This document shows, in pieces, positions 1 through 14,297 of a stretch of 64,000 bases of DNA. This stretch comes from Candidatus Latescibacterota bacterium (GTDB taxonomy: Bacteria; Latescibacterota; UBA2968; GCA-2709665). The notes under the pieces are model-generated. The model was not told where the DNA came from, made no database searches, and was given only the letters and a program-made list of their open reading frames with translations. The stretch lies in assembly GCA_963667175.2 (NCBI GenBank), contig CAXXXF010000004.1:1-64000 (forward strand), written 5' to 3'. Numbering within the stretch: the first letter of the stretch is position 1; each line of letters opens with the position of its first letter. The translations under genes were made by a program, and so were the position numbers.

Positions 1-1123
1 CATCCCCGCGGGGATCGTGCATCCCGACAAGACCTGTGTGATCGGCAACGGGGTCGTGATGGATCCCGAGGCGCTGTTCCATGAGGTGGAGGAACTGGAA
101 TCGAAGGGAATCTCCATCGCGAACCGGCTGTTTGTGAGTCCGAATACGCACCTGGTCATGCCGTATCACAAACGCGTCGAGCTGGCCAGCGAGGCGAAGA
201 TCGGGGGCCGGCGCCATCGGGACCACCCTGCGGGGCATCGGGCCGTGCTATCAGGACAAGGTCAATCGGTCTTCCGGCATTCGCGTGGGAGACCTGTTCG
301 ATGCGGACGCGCTGCCTTCCAGGGTGCGGGAAAACGTGTCCGAGAAAAATGAAATCCTTGAAAACGTGTACGGGGGAGGACGGGCTGGACGCGACGCCGA
401 TCATCGAGGCCTATATGGCGTTCGGCGAGCGCCTCGCGCCGTTTGTGACGGATACGTCCGTTTACCTGAACGATATGATCGACGCGGGCAAGGACGTGCT
501 GTTCGAGGGATCCCAGGGGACGTTGCTGGATATCGATCACGGGACGTATCCGTTTGTGACGTCATCGAATACGACGGCAGGCGGCGCATGCACCGGCGCC
601 GGAATCGGTCCCACCCGGATTTTCCGAGGTGGTCGGGGTGGTCAAGGCGTATACGACGCGTGTGGGCAATGGACCGTTTCCCACCGAACTCACCGGCGCC
701 ATGGGAGACCGGATCCGGGAAATCGGACACGAGTACGGGGCGACCACGGGCCGGCCGAGGCGCTGCGGCTGGCTGGATGCCGTGATTCTCAGGTTCGCCG
801 CGCGGGTGAACGGACTTTCCGGGATCGCGGTGACCCGGCTGGACATACTGGATTCCCTGGAAGAGATCCGTATCTGCACGCATTATTTGTACAGGGGAAA
901 GCGCATGGAGCATTTCCCGAGCGACCTGAAGGTGCTGGCAGAATGTGAGCCCGTGTACGAGACGTTGCCGGGTTGGCGGGCGTCCACCAGCGATGCGAGG
1001 CGGTGGGAGGATCTTCCTGAAAACGCCAGGCGCTACCTGGACAGAATTCAGGAGTTGAGCCGCACGCGAATTGCCATGGTTTCGGTGGGACCGGATCGCA
1101 GGGAGACGATCGTGGTGGATTGA
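1..1123 (+). CDS. purA: Adenylosuccinate synthetase, 5'-truncated by the window edge and split over four segments by three +1 frameshifts at homopolymers (probably sequencing errors)
   Basis: Removing one base at G5 (203-207), G5 (372-376) and T4 (620-623) joins [64 protein letters not shown] and [16 protein letters not shown] into one PurA chain. Confidence 0.92.
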
Positions 1124-1209
1124 CCGCGCATCGAAATCCCGGTTCCCGCCGCGGGGATACGGGTTGACCGCAATGGCGGGTTTGTTATATTTCGATGAGA
1201 AGCACCAAC

Positions 1210-1244
1210 AGCAGCCGTTAGCGATCAGCATTCAGCCGTCAGCT
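1210..1244. repeat. Short tandem heptamer array (NTCAGCN-like)
   Basis: agcagcc gttagcg atcagca ttcagcc gtcagct; the same heptamer type forms the inverted ends at 57168-57383. Confidence 0.55.
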
Positions 1245-1306
1245 AAGACCAGAAACCGAATCAGTTGACGTCAGCACCATGAAGCGGTAGGACTTTATTG
1301 GGCGCA

Positions 1307-1581
1307 GACCTCTCCCCCCGGCCCCCTCTCCTGTGAGGAGAGGGGGAGGAAAGGCAACGATCCGTTAAAATCGGTGAGACGGGAGACGTTAGACGGTAGA
1401 GGATAACGTTGCCATAGTGTTTTCACATTAACCGTGCCTGTCTATCTTTCGTTATCGTAACAGCTAGAAAAACCATACGGCACCCATTTCCTCTCCCCTC
1501 TTACGTCTGGCGTCTGCCCGCCTTTAAGGCACCCACATCATCTCACGTCTCCCCCGGGGTAGGGGACTGGGGGTAGCGGTC
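1307..1581. repeat. GC-rich hairpin repeat element (family C) whose inverted ends enclose a family-A MITE
   Basis: Left end gacctctccccccggccccctctcc..ggagagggggag (1307-1348) nearly matches 55326-55367; right end aggggactgggggtagcggtc (1561-1581) is an imperfect reverse complement of the left end. Confidence 0.65.
1365..1527 (-). mobile_element. 163-bp MITE-like element, family A (heptamer-repeat terminal inverted repeats)
   Basis: Its reverse complement aligns without gaps to 47864-48026 (about 90% identity by eye); ends are TTAA; termini are built from AGACGNN heptamers. Confidence 0.8.
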
Positions 1582-1757
1582 CCGCCCGTATCGATGATTG
1601 ACTTCGCCAGGCCAGAACGATATCCTGTAGATGCGTTGACATCGTCTCCCGTCTTGCGTCTCCCTGCCTTTTGGCGAAGCCGGGGGCATGTCGCAAGACG
1701 ATAGTCTGCAGGAGTGGAACGACCGATTGAAGTGGAGTTCTTAAAGAGAGGAAACGG

Positions 1758-2339
1758 ATGGCCGCCGCGTTCGTCGACAGGGAAGAACTGATGGCCAGGG
1801 CGAAAACAACGGGGGATCTGTCGGGAGAAGATCTCACGGGGATCGACTTAACGGGAGAGGATCTATCGGGCGTCGATTTCTCGGACGCAAGGCTGGACAA
1901 CGCCCTGTTCAGAAATGCAACACTCCTGGAGACCCGGTTTCACAACGCGAGCATGAAGGGCGCCGATCTCAGTGGCGCAAGAATGAACCGGGCGTACTTC
2001 GTCGCGGCCGACCTGCTCGGCGCGGACTTCTCGGGCGCGGTGATGGACGGCGCGTTTCTGTCGGGCGCGGTACTCGGCGGCGCGAATTTCACGGGCGCGA
2101 GTCTGAAGCGGGCCCGCCTGGGTGTTGTGCACGCGTCGTTTCCGAATCCTTCGGGGCGGCCGACGAGTTTCAAGGACGCCGACCTGGAAGCGGCGGTGGT
2201 GGGGGCGACGGATTTCAGGGGAACGGACCTGCGGGGCGCCAATTTGAACGGCGCATTCCTGTACGAGGCGCGACTGCGCGGCGCGATCGTGGACAAGAGT
2301 CAGTTTGACGCGGCCGTGACGCGCGCGGAATCGTATTGA
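1758..2339 (+). CDS. Pentapeptide repeat protein
   Basis: Tandem A(D/N)LxG-type pentapeptides ([27 protein letters not shown]); RBS gagagg upstream. Confidence 0.9.
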   Translation: MAAAFVDREELMARAKTTGDLSGEDLTGIDLTGEDLSGVDFSDARLDNALFRNATLLETRFHNASMKGADLSGARMNRAYFVAADLLGADFSGAVMDGAFLSGAVLGGANFTGASLKRARLGVVHASFPNPSGRPTSFKDADLEAAVVGATDFRGTDLRGANLNGAFLYEARLRGAIVDKSQFDAAVTRAESY

Positions 2340-2355
2340 ACGCGCGAATACGGAA

Positions 2356-3390
2356 ATGACTTCATTTATGACGGACGTCGCGACGGACAGATTGGGCAGA
2401 CCGCTCAGGGACCTTCGGATTTCGGTAACGGACCGGTGCAATTTCCGGTGTCCGTACTGTATGCCGGCGGAAGTCTTCGGGGAGAATTACACGTTCCTGC
2501 CCAGGGCGGAAATACTCACGTTCGAGGAAATCGACCGGCTGGCGCGGCTTTTCGTGGATCTGGGGGTGCGCAAGGTCCGGATCACCGGCGGAGAGCCCCT
2601 GCTCCGGAGGGAACTCGAAGCGCTGATCCGGCGTCTGGCGGCAATTGACGGCGTCGAGGATCTCACGCTTACCACAAACGGCTATCTGCTGCCCCGGATG
2701 GTCGGGGAACTAAGAGACGCCGGGTTGGACAGGATTACGGTCAGTCTGGATTCCCTGGACGAAGACGTATTCGAACGGTTGAATGGGAGAGGGGTTCACG
2801 TTTCGGAGGTGCTGGAGGGAATCCGGGCGGCGGAAGCGGCCGGGTTTTCACCGCTGAAGGTCAACGCGGTGGTCCAGCGCGGGGTGAACGACCATACCGT
2901 CGTGGATCTCGCCAGGCATTTCTACGGTACGGGGCATATCGTCCGCTTTATCGAATATATGGACGTGGGCAACCGCAACGGCTGGCGCCTGGATCAGGTG
3001 GTTCCCGCGGCAGAGATCGTACAGCGCATCCATGAGGAAATGCCGCTCGCCGCAGTGGCGCCGAATTACCCGGGCGAAGTCGCGCGGCGGTTCCGGTATC
3101 TGGACGGAAACGGGGAGATCGGCGTCATCGCCTCGGTTACGCAACCGTTTTGCGGCGACTGCACGCGCGCGAGGCTTTCCACCGACGGAAAGGTGTATAC
3201 CTGTCTGTTCGCCGGCACGGGCGTGGATCTCAGGGGACCCCTGCGCGACGGGGCGAGCGACGAAGAACTCCTGTCGGCGATCTCGGAACTATGGGCGGAC
3301 CGCGAAGACCGGTATTCCGAATTGAGAACGGCCGAGACGGCGGAAGTGCCGTCATTTTCCAAGGTGGAAATGTACCAGATCGGGGGCTAG
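2356..3390 (+). CDS. moaA: GTP 3',8-cyclase MoaA (radical SAM, molybdenum cofactor biosynthesis)
   Basis: [16 protein letters not shown] radical-SAM motif, ITGGEP, second cluster [12 protein letters not shown]-terminal IGG. Confidence 0.97.
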   Translation: MTSFMTDVATDRLGRPLRDLRISVTDRCNFRCPYCMPAEVFGENYTFLPRAEILTFEEIDRLARLFVDLGVRKVRITGGEPLLRRELEALIRRLAAIDGVEDLTLTTNGYLLPRMVGELRDAGLDRITVSLDSLDEDVFERLNGRGVHVSEVLEGIRAAEAAGFSPLKVNAVVQRGVNDHTVVDLARHFYGTGHIVRFIEYMDVGNRNGWRLDQVVPAAEIVQRIHEEMPLAAVAPNYPGEVARRFRYLDGNGEIGVIASVTQPFCGDCTRARLSTDGKVYTCLFAGTGVDLRGPLRDGASDEELLSAISELWADREDRYSELRTAETAEVPSFSKVEMYQIGG

Positions 3391-3392
3391 CC

Positions 3393-3533
3393 GACAGGCG
3401 GGGAGACGGAAGAAGGGAGAGGTGAGACGATGTGGGCGCCCGTTCAGTAAAATCTCTTGCCGCCGGCATGAAGGAGAAACCAGTCGGGCAAAGATGCCAT
3501 CTACCGTCTAACGTCTACCCTCTTACCGCTTTT
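3393..3533 (+). mobile_element. ~140-bp MITE-like element, family B
   Basis: Aligns to the reverse complement of 7227-7370 and to 55083-55221; shares heptamer termini with family A. Confidence 0.7.
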
Positions 3534-3542
3534 CGTGCGTTT

Positions 3543-3569
3543 CGAGGGCAGGATGCCCTCGCTCCCAGG
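3543..3569. repeat. REP-like palindrome cgagggcaggatgccctcgctcccagg
   Basis: Imperfect hairpin; its reverse complement recurs at about 57268-57294. Confidence 0.55.
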
Positions 3570-3763
3570 GGCACAGGATATAGCGATCAACAGCCGGTCC
3601 GCCAATCCAACTTGAGTAGCGAGAGACTGTCGTCTCTCGTTTTCTGTTGACAGGTTTCCCATTCGAACGTTTATTTATTATATTGTTGATCAACAAACTA
3701 AAGAATATCCACATGGGATCCATTTTTCCCGATCGGAACGGCTGCCGTTTCCGGATAAATTCG

Positions 3764-3792
3764 TTGACTTCACAGGATGAGTTCGATAGATT
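3764..3792 (+). promoter_or_regulatory. Putative sigma70-type promoter for the nitrite/sulfite reductase
   Basis: TTGACT-N17-TAGATT ending about 55 nt upstream of ATG 3846. Confidence 0.5.
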
Positions 3793-3845
3793 ACCCGCCT
3801 GAACAACGCCGTCGCGTCTGGAATCGGTCACCAGGAGACGTTGCC

Positions 3846-6101
3846 ATGTCTGAATCGACAACCTGGAAGGAAGTTCTCGCGGATCGCATACCCGACGAAC
3901 TGGGCCGGGAAGTGGACATATTCGCCACGCAGATCGAGTTGCGCAAACAGGACAAGATCGACGACACCGTTTTTGCCGAAACCCGCCTGCGCCGCGGGGT
4001 TTACGGCCAGCGTTACGATAACGGAAAACGGTTCGACGGCAGCAATACGCAGGTCCTGGAGTTCCCCAGCGGAGACCTGGTCAAGGGGCCGGATACGGTG
4101 TGGGACGCGCCGGGGATGCAGCGGATCAAGATCCCGTTCGGGGGCCTGACCGCGGATCAACTGGATGTGCTGGCCGAACTCGCCGAGGAGTATTCTGACT
4201 GTATCCTGCACGTTACCACGCGCCAGGACGTCCAGCTGCATTACGTGCACATCGACGATACGCCCGATCTCATGTACCGCCTGGCCTCGGTGGGCATCAC
4301 AACCCGCGAAGCCTGCGGCAATACGGTCCGGAACGTGACCGCCTGTCCCCTTTCCGGCGTGTGCCGGACGGAGACGTTCGACGTGACGCCCTATGCCCGG
4401 GCCTGCTCGAAATTCCTCCTGGGCCACAACGACGCGCAGGACTTCGGCCGGAAGTTCAAAATCGCCTTTTCAGGATGCGAACACGAGGCGTGCGGGCTTG
4501 CCAATATGCACGACATCGGCGCGATTGCGGTTACGAGGTCGGTCAACGGCGCCGAGAAACGCGGGTTCAGGTTCTACGTTGGCGGCGGGCTGGGCGCCGT
4601 GCCGCACCAGGCAAAACTGTTCGAGGATTTCCTGCCGGAAGAGGAACTCCTCCCCGTCTCCCAGGCGATCTCCCGCGTGTTCGCCCGCCTCGGCGAGAAA
4701 CGGAACCGGGCGCGTGCGCGGCTCAAGTTCCTGATCGCCAGATTGGGCCTGGAAGAATTCAAGCGCCTGGTGACGGAGGAGCGGAAGGTGATGCCCGACG
4801 ACCCGGAGTGGACGGCGTACCTTTCGGACCTTCACGCCTACGACGAAAAACCGCTGAAGATCGCGCAGCCGCTCAACGGCGCCGTCGTTGCAGGCGGCTT
4901 CGAGGAGTGGACCCGAACCAACGTCTACCGCCAGCGTCAGGACGGCTACGCGGTGGTTACGGTCACGCTGCCGCTGGGCGACCTCACCTCCGACCAGACG
5001 CGGGCCCTCGCCGAACTTTCAAGACGGTTCGTGAACGATACGATTCGAGCCACGGTGGAGCAGAATATCGTACTGCGATGGGTGAGCGAGGCCGATCTTC
5101 CCGAACTCTACAACGCACTCGTGGAAATCGGCCTGAACGAACCCGGCGCCGGGACGATTGCGGACGTGACGGCCTGCCCGGGAACGGATACGTGCAAGCT
5201 CGGCATTGCGTCGTCCCGCGGACTTGCCGCCGAATTGCGCTGGCGCCTGGCCGAAAAGGGCGTGGAAATGGACGCCGCCGTGGAAGGTCTGCGCATCAAG
5301 ATCAGCGGTTGCTTCAACTCGTGCGGTCAGCATCACGTCGCGGACCTGGGATTCTACGGGATCAGCCGTAAGGTAAGCGGCTACACCGTGCCGCATTTTC
5401 AGGTGGTACTGGGTGGCCAGTGGACCGGCAACGCCGCATCGTTCGGACTGGCGATGGGCGCGGTCCCCTCCAAGCGGATCCCCGACGTGGTGGCGCGAAT
5501 CAGCGAGAGCTACATCGAGGGACGAGAGGAGGAAGAGAGCTTTCAGGATTACATCCGGCGAATCGGCAAGGTGCAGGTGAAGCGGATGCTGGACGACCTC
5601 ACCGAAGTGCCCCCCTACGAGATCGACTCCTCGTTCTATATGGACTGGGGTGACAGCCGGGTGTTCACGACCGGAGACATGGGGAAGGGCGAGTGCGCGG
5701 GAGAGGTGGTGCCGCTGGTGCAGTTCGAGCTCTCCAGCTGTGAACGGGAGGCGTTCGAGGCCCAGGTGCAACTGGATAACGGCCATTATGAAAGCGCATA
5801 TAAACAGGCATACAGCGCCATGGTTCACGCGGCCAAGGCCCTGGTAAAATCGCAGTTTCTGGATGTGCCGGAAGACCCCGATACCATTGTGTCCGAATTC
5901 CGCACGAGGATCGTAGACACCGGGCTGTTGCACGACAATCCCGTCACCCGGGGCAAGTTCGCCAATTATCTGTTTCATGCCCATCGACGCAACGTCGATG
6001 CCTACAGTGAAGACCTCGCGCACCGGTTCATCGAGGAGACCCAGCTCTTTATCGAGGCCGCGTACGCCTGCTACGGGCGGATGAACGTCGTAAGCTCCTG
6101 A
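3846..6101 (+). CDS. Ferredoxin-dependent nitrite/sulfite reductase hemoprotein with a C-terminal HEPN-like domain
   Basis: TTRQDVQLH, ACGNTVRNV, RKFKIAFSGC, CPGTDTC and ISGCFNSCGQH siroheme/[4Fe-4S] motifs; helical tail AYKQAYSAMVHAAKALV; start moved to ATG 3846 (RBS ggag). Confidence 0.9.
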   Translation: MSESTTWKEVLADRIPDELGREVDIFATQIELRKQDKIDDTVFAETRLRRGVYGQRYDNGKRFDGSNTQVLEFPSGDLVKGPDTVWDAPGMQRIKIPFGGLTADQLDVLAELAEEYSDCILHVTTRQDVQLHYVHIDDTPDLMYRLASVGITTREACGNTVRNVTACPLSGVCRTETFDVTPYARACSKFLLGHNDAQDFGRKFKIAFSGCEHEACGLANMHDIGAIAVTRSVNGAEKRGFRFYVGGGLGAVPHQAKLFEDFLPEEELLPVSQAISRVFARLGEKRNRARARLKFLIARLGLEEFKRLVTEERKVMPDDPEWTAYLSDLHAYDEKPLKIAQPLNGAVVAGGFEEWTRTNVYRQRQDGYAVVTVTLPLGDLTSDQTRALAELSRRFVNDTIRATVEQNIVLRWVSEADLPELYNALVEIGLNEPGAGTIADVTACPGTDTCKLGIASSRGLAAELRWRLAEKGVEMDAAVEGLRIKISGCFNSCGQHHVADLGFYGISRKVSGYTVPHFQVVLGGQWTGNAASFGLAMGAVPSKRIPDVVARISESYIEGREEEESFQDYIRRIGKVQVKRMLDDLTEVPPYEIDSSFYMDWGDSRVFTTGDMGKGECAGEVVPLVQFELSSCEREAFEAQVQLDNGHYESAYKQAYSAMVHAAKALVKSQFLDVPEDPDTIVSEFRTRIVDTGLLHDNPVTRGKFANYLFHAHRRNVDAYSEDLAHRFIEETQLFIEAAYACYGRMNVVSS

Positions 6102-6105
6102 TCCT

Positions 6106-6687
6106 ATGAACGCGTATCGAATTCAGATCAAGTTCTATCTCGAACGAGGGCAGGATATCGCACCGGAAACCTGGTTCCGGGTATTCAACACCTGGATTCC
6201 GGTAACGACGGATGAGGTGCTTGTGGACGTGGCGGATTACAGCCACGTGCACGATGGGCCGGTCACCCTGCTGGTGGGACACGAGGCCAATTACAGTATC
6301 GATCGGTCGGACGGAAGAACCGGTCTCCTCTACGACCGCAAACAGGCGTCAAACGGCAGTTTCCCGGATCGGCTGAAGGCCGCTTTCGTTTCGGCCCTGA
6401 AAGCCTGCCGGAGGCTGGAGACCGACCCCATACTGGCCGGAAGTGCGAGTTTCCGTCTGGATGATGTCCTGTTTGTGCTGAACGACCGGCTGCTGGCGCC
6501 GAATTCGGTTGAGACGCTGGTGGCCGTTCGGCCGGACCTCGAGCAGGTGCTGGCGAAACTCTACAATGGCGCCGGATTCGACATTGAACACGATTCGGAT
6601 CCGGGGCGAAGGTTCGCCCTCAGAATCCGTTCCGGCTGCCGGGCTAGCGTCGCTCTCTCACTTCGGCGTTTTGATGCGATTTCTTAG
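6106..6687 (+). CDS. Hypothetical protein, co-transcribed with the reductase
   Basis: 193-aa ORF starting 4 nt after the reductase stop; contains DVADYSHVHDGP. Confidence 0.75.
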   Translation: MNAYRIQIKFYLERGQDIAPETWFRVFNTWIPVTTDEVLVDVADYSHVHDGPVTLLVGHEANYSIDRSDGRTGLLYDRKQASNGSFPDRLKAAFVSALKACRRLETDPILAGSASFRLDDVLFVLNDRLLAPNSVETLVAVRPDLEQVLAKLYNGAGFDIEHDSDPGRRFALRIRSGCRASVALSLRRFDAIS

Positions 6688-6698
6688 CCTTTTGACGC

Positions 6699-6726
6699 TT
6701 GACAAACCGGAAGAAAGTTCTATATT
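6699..6726 (+). promoter_or_regulatory. Putative promoter for the ferredoxin
   Basis: TTGACA-N16-TATATT. Confidence 0.55.
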
Positions 6727-6878
6727 TCGTGTGTCATTGGCGCCCGGGGCAATTGCAGTTCGGTCGCCCTCGTGAAGTTGTCCGATATTCCCGTTCCGGA
6801 CGGATTCGATCTTCGCGAACCTGAACTTCATACTTTAAGATTGACCTGTAGGCCGTCTCAAGGAAAGGGGTGAAGAGA

Positions 6879-7142
6879 ATGACGTACATTATCGCCGAGC
6901 CATGCATCGACGTGATGGACAGGGCCTGTGTGGAGGTCTGCCCGGTCGACTGTATCTACGAACCCGACGCAACCAACCTGCCGGAAGACGAGCAACGCCA
7001 GATGCTCTACATCCATCCGGATGAGTGCATCGATTGCGGGGCGTGCGAACCCGAGTGCCCGGTCGAGGCGATTTTTGAGGAAGACGATACACCTGATGAA
7101 TGGAAGGAATATATCGAAATCAATGCGAAAGCGTTCGAGTAA
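6879..7142 (+). CDS. Dicluster (7Fe-type) ferredoxin
   Basis: MTYIIAEPC..ACVEVCPVDCI and CIDCGACEPECP motifs. Confidence 0.95.
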   Translation: MTYIIAEPCIDVMDRACVEVCPVDCIYEPDATNLPEDEQRQMLYIHPDECIDCGACEPECPVEAIFEEDDTPDEWKEYIEINAKAFE

Positions 7143-7180
7143 GGAGTTCCGACCTCTTCGTTCGTCCAGACGACGTGGAG

Positions 7181-7213
7181 AAAATGCCAGGATCCAACCG
7201 ATCCTGGCATTTT
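7181..7213 (+). terminator. Intrinsic terminator-like hairpin after the ferredoxin
   Basis: aaaatgccaggatc-caacc-gatcctggcatttt, perfect 14-bp stem. Confidence 0.75.
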
Positions 7214-7226
7214 GCAATTGGAACAG

Positions 7227-7370
7227 TAAAAAACCGTGAGACGGGAGAGGGGAGACGGTAGAAGACGTCCTTGCCCGATTGGTTGCTCCTTTATGCCTCC
7301 GGCAAGAAATGATACCGAACGGGCACTCATATCATCTCCCGTCTCACGTCTTACGTCTACCCGCCTTTAG
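7227..7370 (-). mobile_element. 144-bp MITE-like element, family B
   Basis: Inverted relative to 3393-3533; heptamer termini gtgagacgggagaggggagacggtaga and cgtctcacgtcttacgtctacccgcctttag. Confidence 0.75.
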
Positions 7371-7391
7371 AAAAGGAAGAATACGTCCATC

Positions 7392-11960
<4,569 letters not shown>

Positions 11961-12065
11961 TAAAGTCCATCCGGGCGCCGGATCTCCGGAGGGTTCCGTC
12001 GGGGGATAGCGCATGGGCGCCCGCGCATCGCATACTGCCGACATTGTGGAACAGGAAGGGTCCCT

Positions 12066-12821
12066 ATGGTCGATATGACTGGCAGAGTTGCATTGATAAC
12101 CGGCTCTTCCAGGGGCATCGGACGAGGGTGCGCGGTGGAAATGGCCCGTGCCGGCGCCAATATCGCCGTAAATTACCATTCGCATCCCGATGACGCGGAA
12201 GACGTTGCGAAAGAAGTCCGGGCACTGGGTGGGGAAGCAATTGTGGTGCAGGCCGACGTGTCGGACCGGGCGGCTGTGGACCGAATGGTGGAAGCAGCCG
12301 TGAGCCGGTTCGGCCGGCTGGACGTTGTCGTGGCCAATGCGTATTACAGCAAGCGCGAACCTTTTCTCGAACTGTCGACGCGGGCGGTACGAAGGACGTG
12401 GGAGGTCTGCCTGTGGGGCAGTTTCCACACCGCCCAGGCCGGCGCGAGGCAGATGGTGGGCCAGGGCGGCGGCGGCAGCATCCTGTTCATCAGTTCCGTG
12501 CTGGCGCATGTCCCCATGCCGACGTCCATGCCGTACAATTCCGCCAAGGCCGGCATCAACCAGATGTGCCGCACCATCGCGGCGGAACTCGCCCCGCACC
12601 GGATCCGCGCGAACGTGATCGAACCCGGCTATACCGACACGCCGGGCGAACGCCAATTCGCCACCGACGAGCAGATCAGGGAAGCGGCCAGGGGATTGCC
12701 GTGGGGCCGGCTGGCCACCATGGAAGACCTGGGCAAGGCGGCCGCGTTTCTGTGTTCCGACGCGGCGGATTACATCACTGGGACGATTCTGAAAGTGGAC
12801 GGAGGCTTATGCCTTAAATAG
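12066..12821 (+). CDS. Short-chain dehydrogenase/reductase
   Basis: TGSSRGIG, YNSAK, ITGTILKVDGG. Confidence 0.93.
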   Translation: MVDMTGRVALITGSSRGIGRGCAVEMARAGANIAVNYHSHPDDAEDVAKEVRALGGEAIVVQADVSDRAAVDRMVEAAVSRFGRLDVVVANAYYSKREPFLELSTRAVRRTWEVCLWGSFHTAQAGARQMVGQGGGGSILFISSVLAHVPMPTSMPYNSAKAGINQMCRTIAAELAPHRIRANVIEPGYTDTPGERQFATDEQIREAARGLPWGRLATMEDLGKAAAFLCSDAADYITGTILKVDGGLCLK

Positions 12822-12908
12822 GCTTCCGGATGCTGACCGACCACGGACTGGCGGTCGGCCTTCCGGCGGGGGTCAATACCCCGTCTCAAAAAACCGTAAG
12901 GGGACGTT

Positions 12909-14039
12909 ATGCGATTTGTTCGATTCACGATTTTTCTGGGTGCGTGCCTCTGGGGGTTTTCGATTCCGGCGGCCGACGTGGTTGTGGAGATGCACCAGGA
13001 GGAAGAAGAGACGGAGTTGCGGTACCGGGTCGGGGTGATTGACGCCGAGTCAGAGACGGTCGACTGGGGTGCGGTGGGAGCGCACGACGACGGCCAGTTC
13101 CCGTCCGTCGCCGTGGACGGAAGGCTTGTCGTGGAAGTACACCAGTCCCACCAGGGGACGAATCTGTGGTACAAGGTCGGCAAGGTCGACGCGGAGACAA
13201 AGGGGATCCGGTGGGGCGCGGGGAGGAAGTTCGACGCGGGCCAGTACCCGATGGTGGCGCTGGACGGCCGGTTGGTGGTGGAGGTGCATCAGTCGCATAA
13301 CGGCACAAAACTGTGGTACCGCGTCGGCATCGTGGATGCCGCGGCCGATTCGATTGCCTGGGGCAATTCGGGGAAGTTCGACGGGGGTCGGTTCCCGTCG
13401 GTAGCGCTGTCTGACGGCGTGGTCGTGGAAGTCCACCAGTCCGAAGAAGGTGAACGTCTGTGGTACAACGTGGGGACAGTGGATACCACGGCGAAGTCCA
13501 TTGCGTGGGGTGACGCGCGGGAGTACGATGGCGGCCAGAGGCCCTCCGTGGATATGGACGATGGCGTGGTCGTGGAGATGCATGAGTCGATCAACGGGCT
13601 TCGCCTGTGGTATCGCGTGGGCATCCTGGATGCGGAACGCAAGATCGTGGCGTGGGGGGAGGCGACGAGATTCGATCGTGGTATCGCTCCCAACGTCGCG
13701 CTGGACAACGGAATCGTCATGGAGGCGCATGAGTCCCACAACAGTGACGATCTATGGTATCACGTCGGTTCTGTGGACGCGGAAATGAAGACGGTGACCT
13801 GGGGGAACGGATGGAACTACGGCGAAGGCATCCGGCCCGCGGTAAGCGTCAGCGTCGGGAAAAAATCGGCGGATTTCGACGGCAGCGGCCGGGTGGACTT
13901 CAGCGATTTCGTGATCTTCGCGAAGGCGTTCGGTACGGTAACAGGGGACCCGGACTTCGAAACAAGGTTTGACCTGGACGGAGACGGCCGCATCGGGTTC
14001 GGCGATTTTGTCCGATTCGCACAGGAATTCGGCACGTAG
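12909..14039 (+). CDS. Secreted protein with six 49-aa repeats (probable six-bladed beta-propeller) and a C-terminal EF-hand/dockerin-like domain
   Basis: Signal peptide; repeat VVEVHQS..LWY.VG.VD...I.WG...FD.G..P.VA occurs six times; tail DFDGSGRVDFSDF..DLDGDGRIGFGDF. Confidence 0.88.
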   Translation: MRFVRFTIFLGACLWGFSIPAADVVVEMHQEEEETELRYRVGVIDAESETVDWGAVGAHDDGQFPSVAVDGRLVVEVHQSHQGTNLWYKVGKVDAETKGIRWGAGRKFDAGQYPMVALDGRLVVEVHQSHNGTKLWYRVGIVDAAADSIAWGNSGKFDGGRFPSVALSDGVVVEVHQSEEGERLWYNVGTVDTTAKSIAWGDAREYDGGQRPSVDMDDGVVVEMHESINGLRLWYRVGILDAERKIVAWGEATRFDRGIAPNVALDNGIVMEAHESHNSDDLWYHVGSVDAEMKTVTWGNGWNYGEGIRPAVSVSVGKKSADFDGSGRVDFSDFVIFAKAFGTVTGDPDFETRFDLDGDGRIGFGDFVRFAQEFGT

Positions 14040-14078
14040 CTACAGTTTGGACACTTCGAGGCGAAGGAGAGAATTCTC

Positions 14079-14115
14079 GCCGCCACGGGAAGGGGTTCCG
14101 TGGCGGCATCTTTTT
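14079..14115 (+). terminator. Intrinsic terminator
   Basis: gccgccacgg-N-ccgtggcggc followed by atcttttt. Confidence 0.65.
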
Positions 14116-14297
14116 GTCCGTTCAATGTACCGGGGCGAAGGTCTGTTTCCGGGCTTTTTTGTACACCTTGAAGAGTCTATTTCCTATATTTTCCGAATAC
14201 GCCGCGGGTTGCCGCCCGGGGGACCGGATCCAGGGTGTATCCAGTGCGGATTGTCCGGTTCCGCGGTGTTTCACGAAGCGGAAATAACCTGAACTCT

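Noticed and set aside
1-1123. Programmed frameshifting in purA
   Set aside because: Three independent +1 shifts at short homopolymers in a housekeeping gene at the window edge fit sequencing error far better.
1582-1757. Moco riboswitch upstream of the pentapeptide-moaA unit
   Set aside because: Only an inverted repeat and a MITE-end remnant are visible; no recognisable Moco RNA motif (an Rfam scan would settle it).
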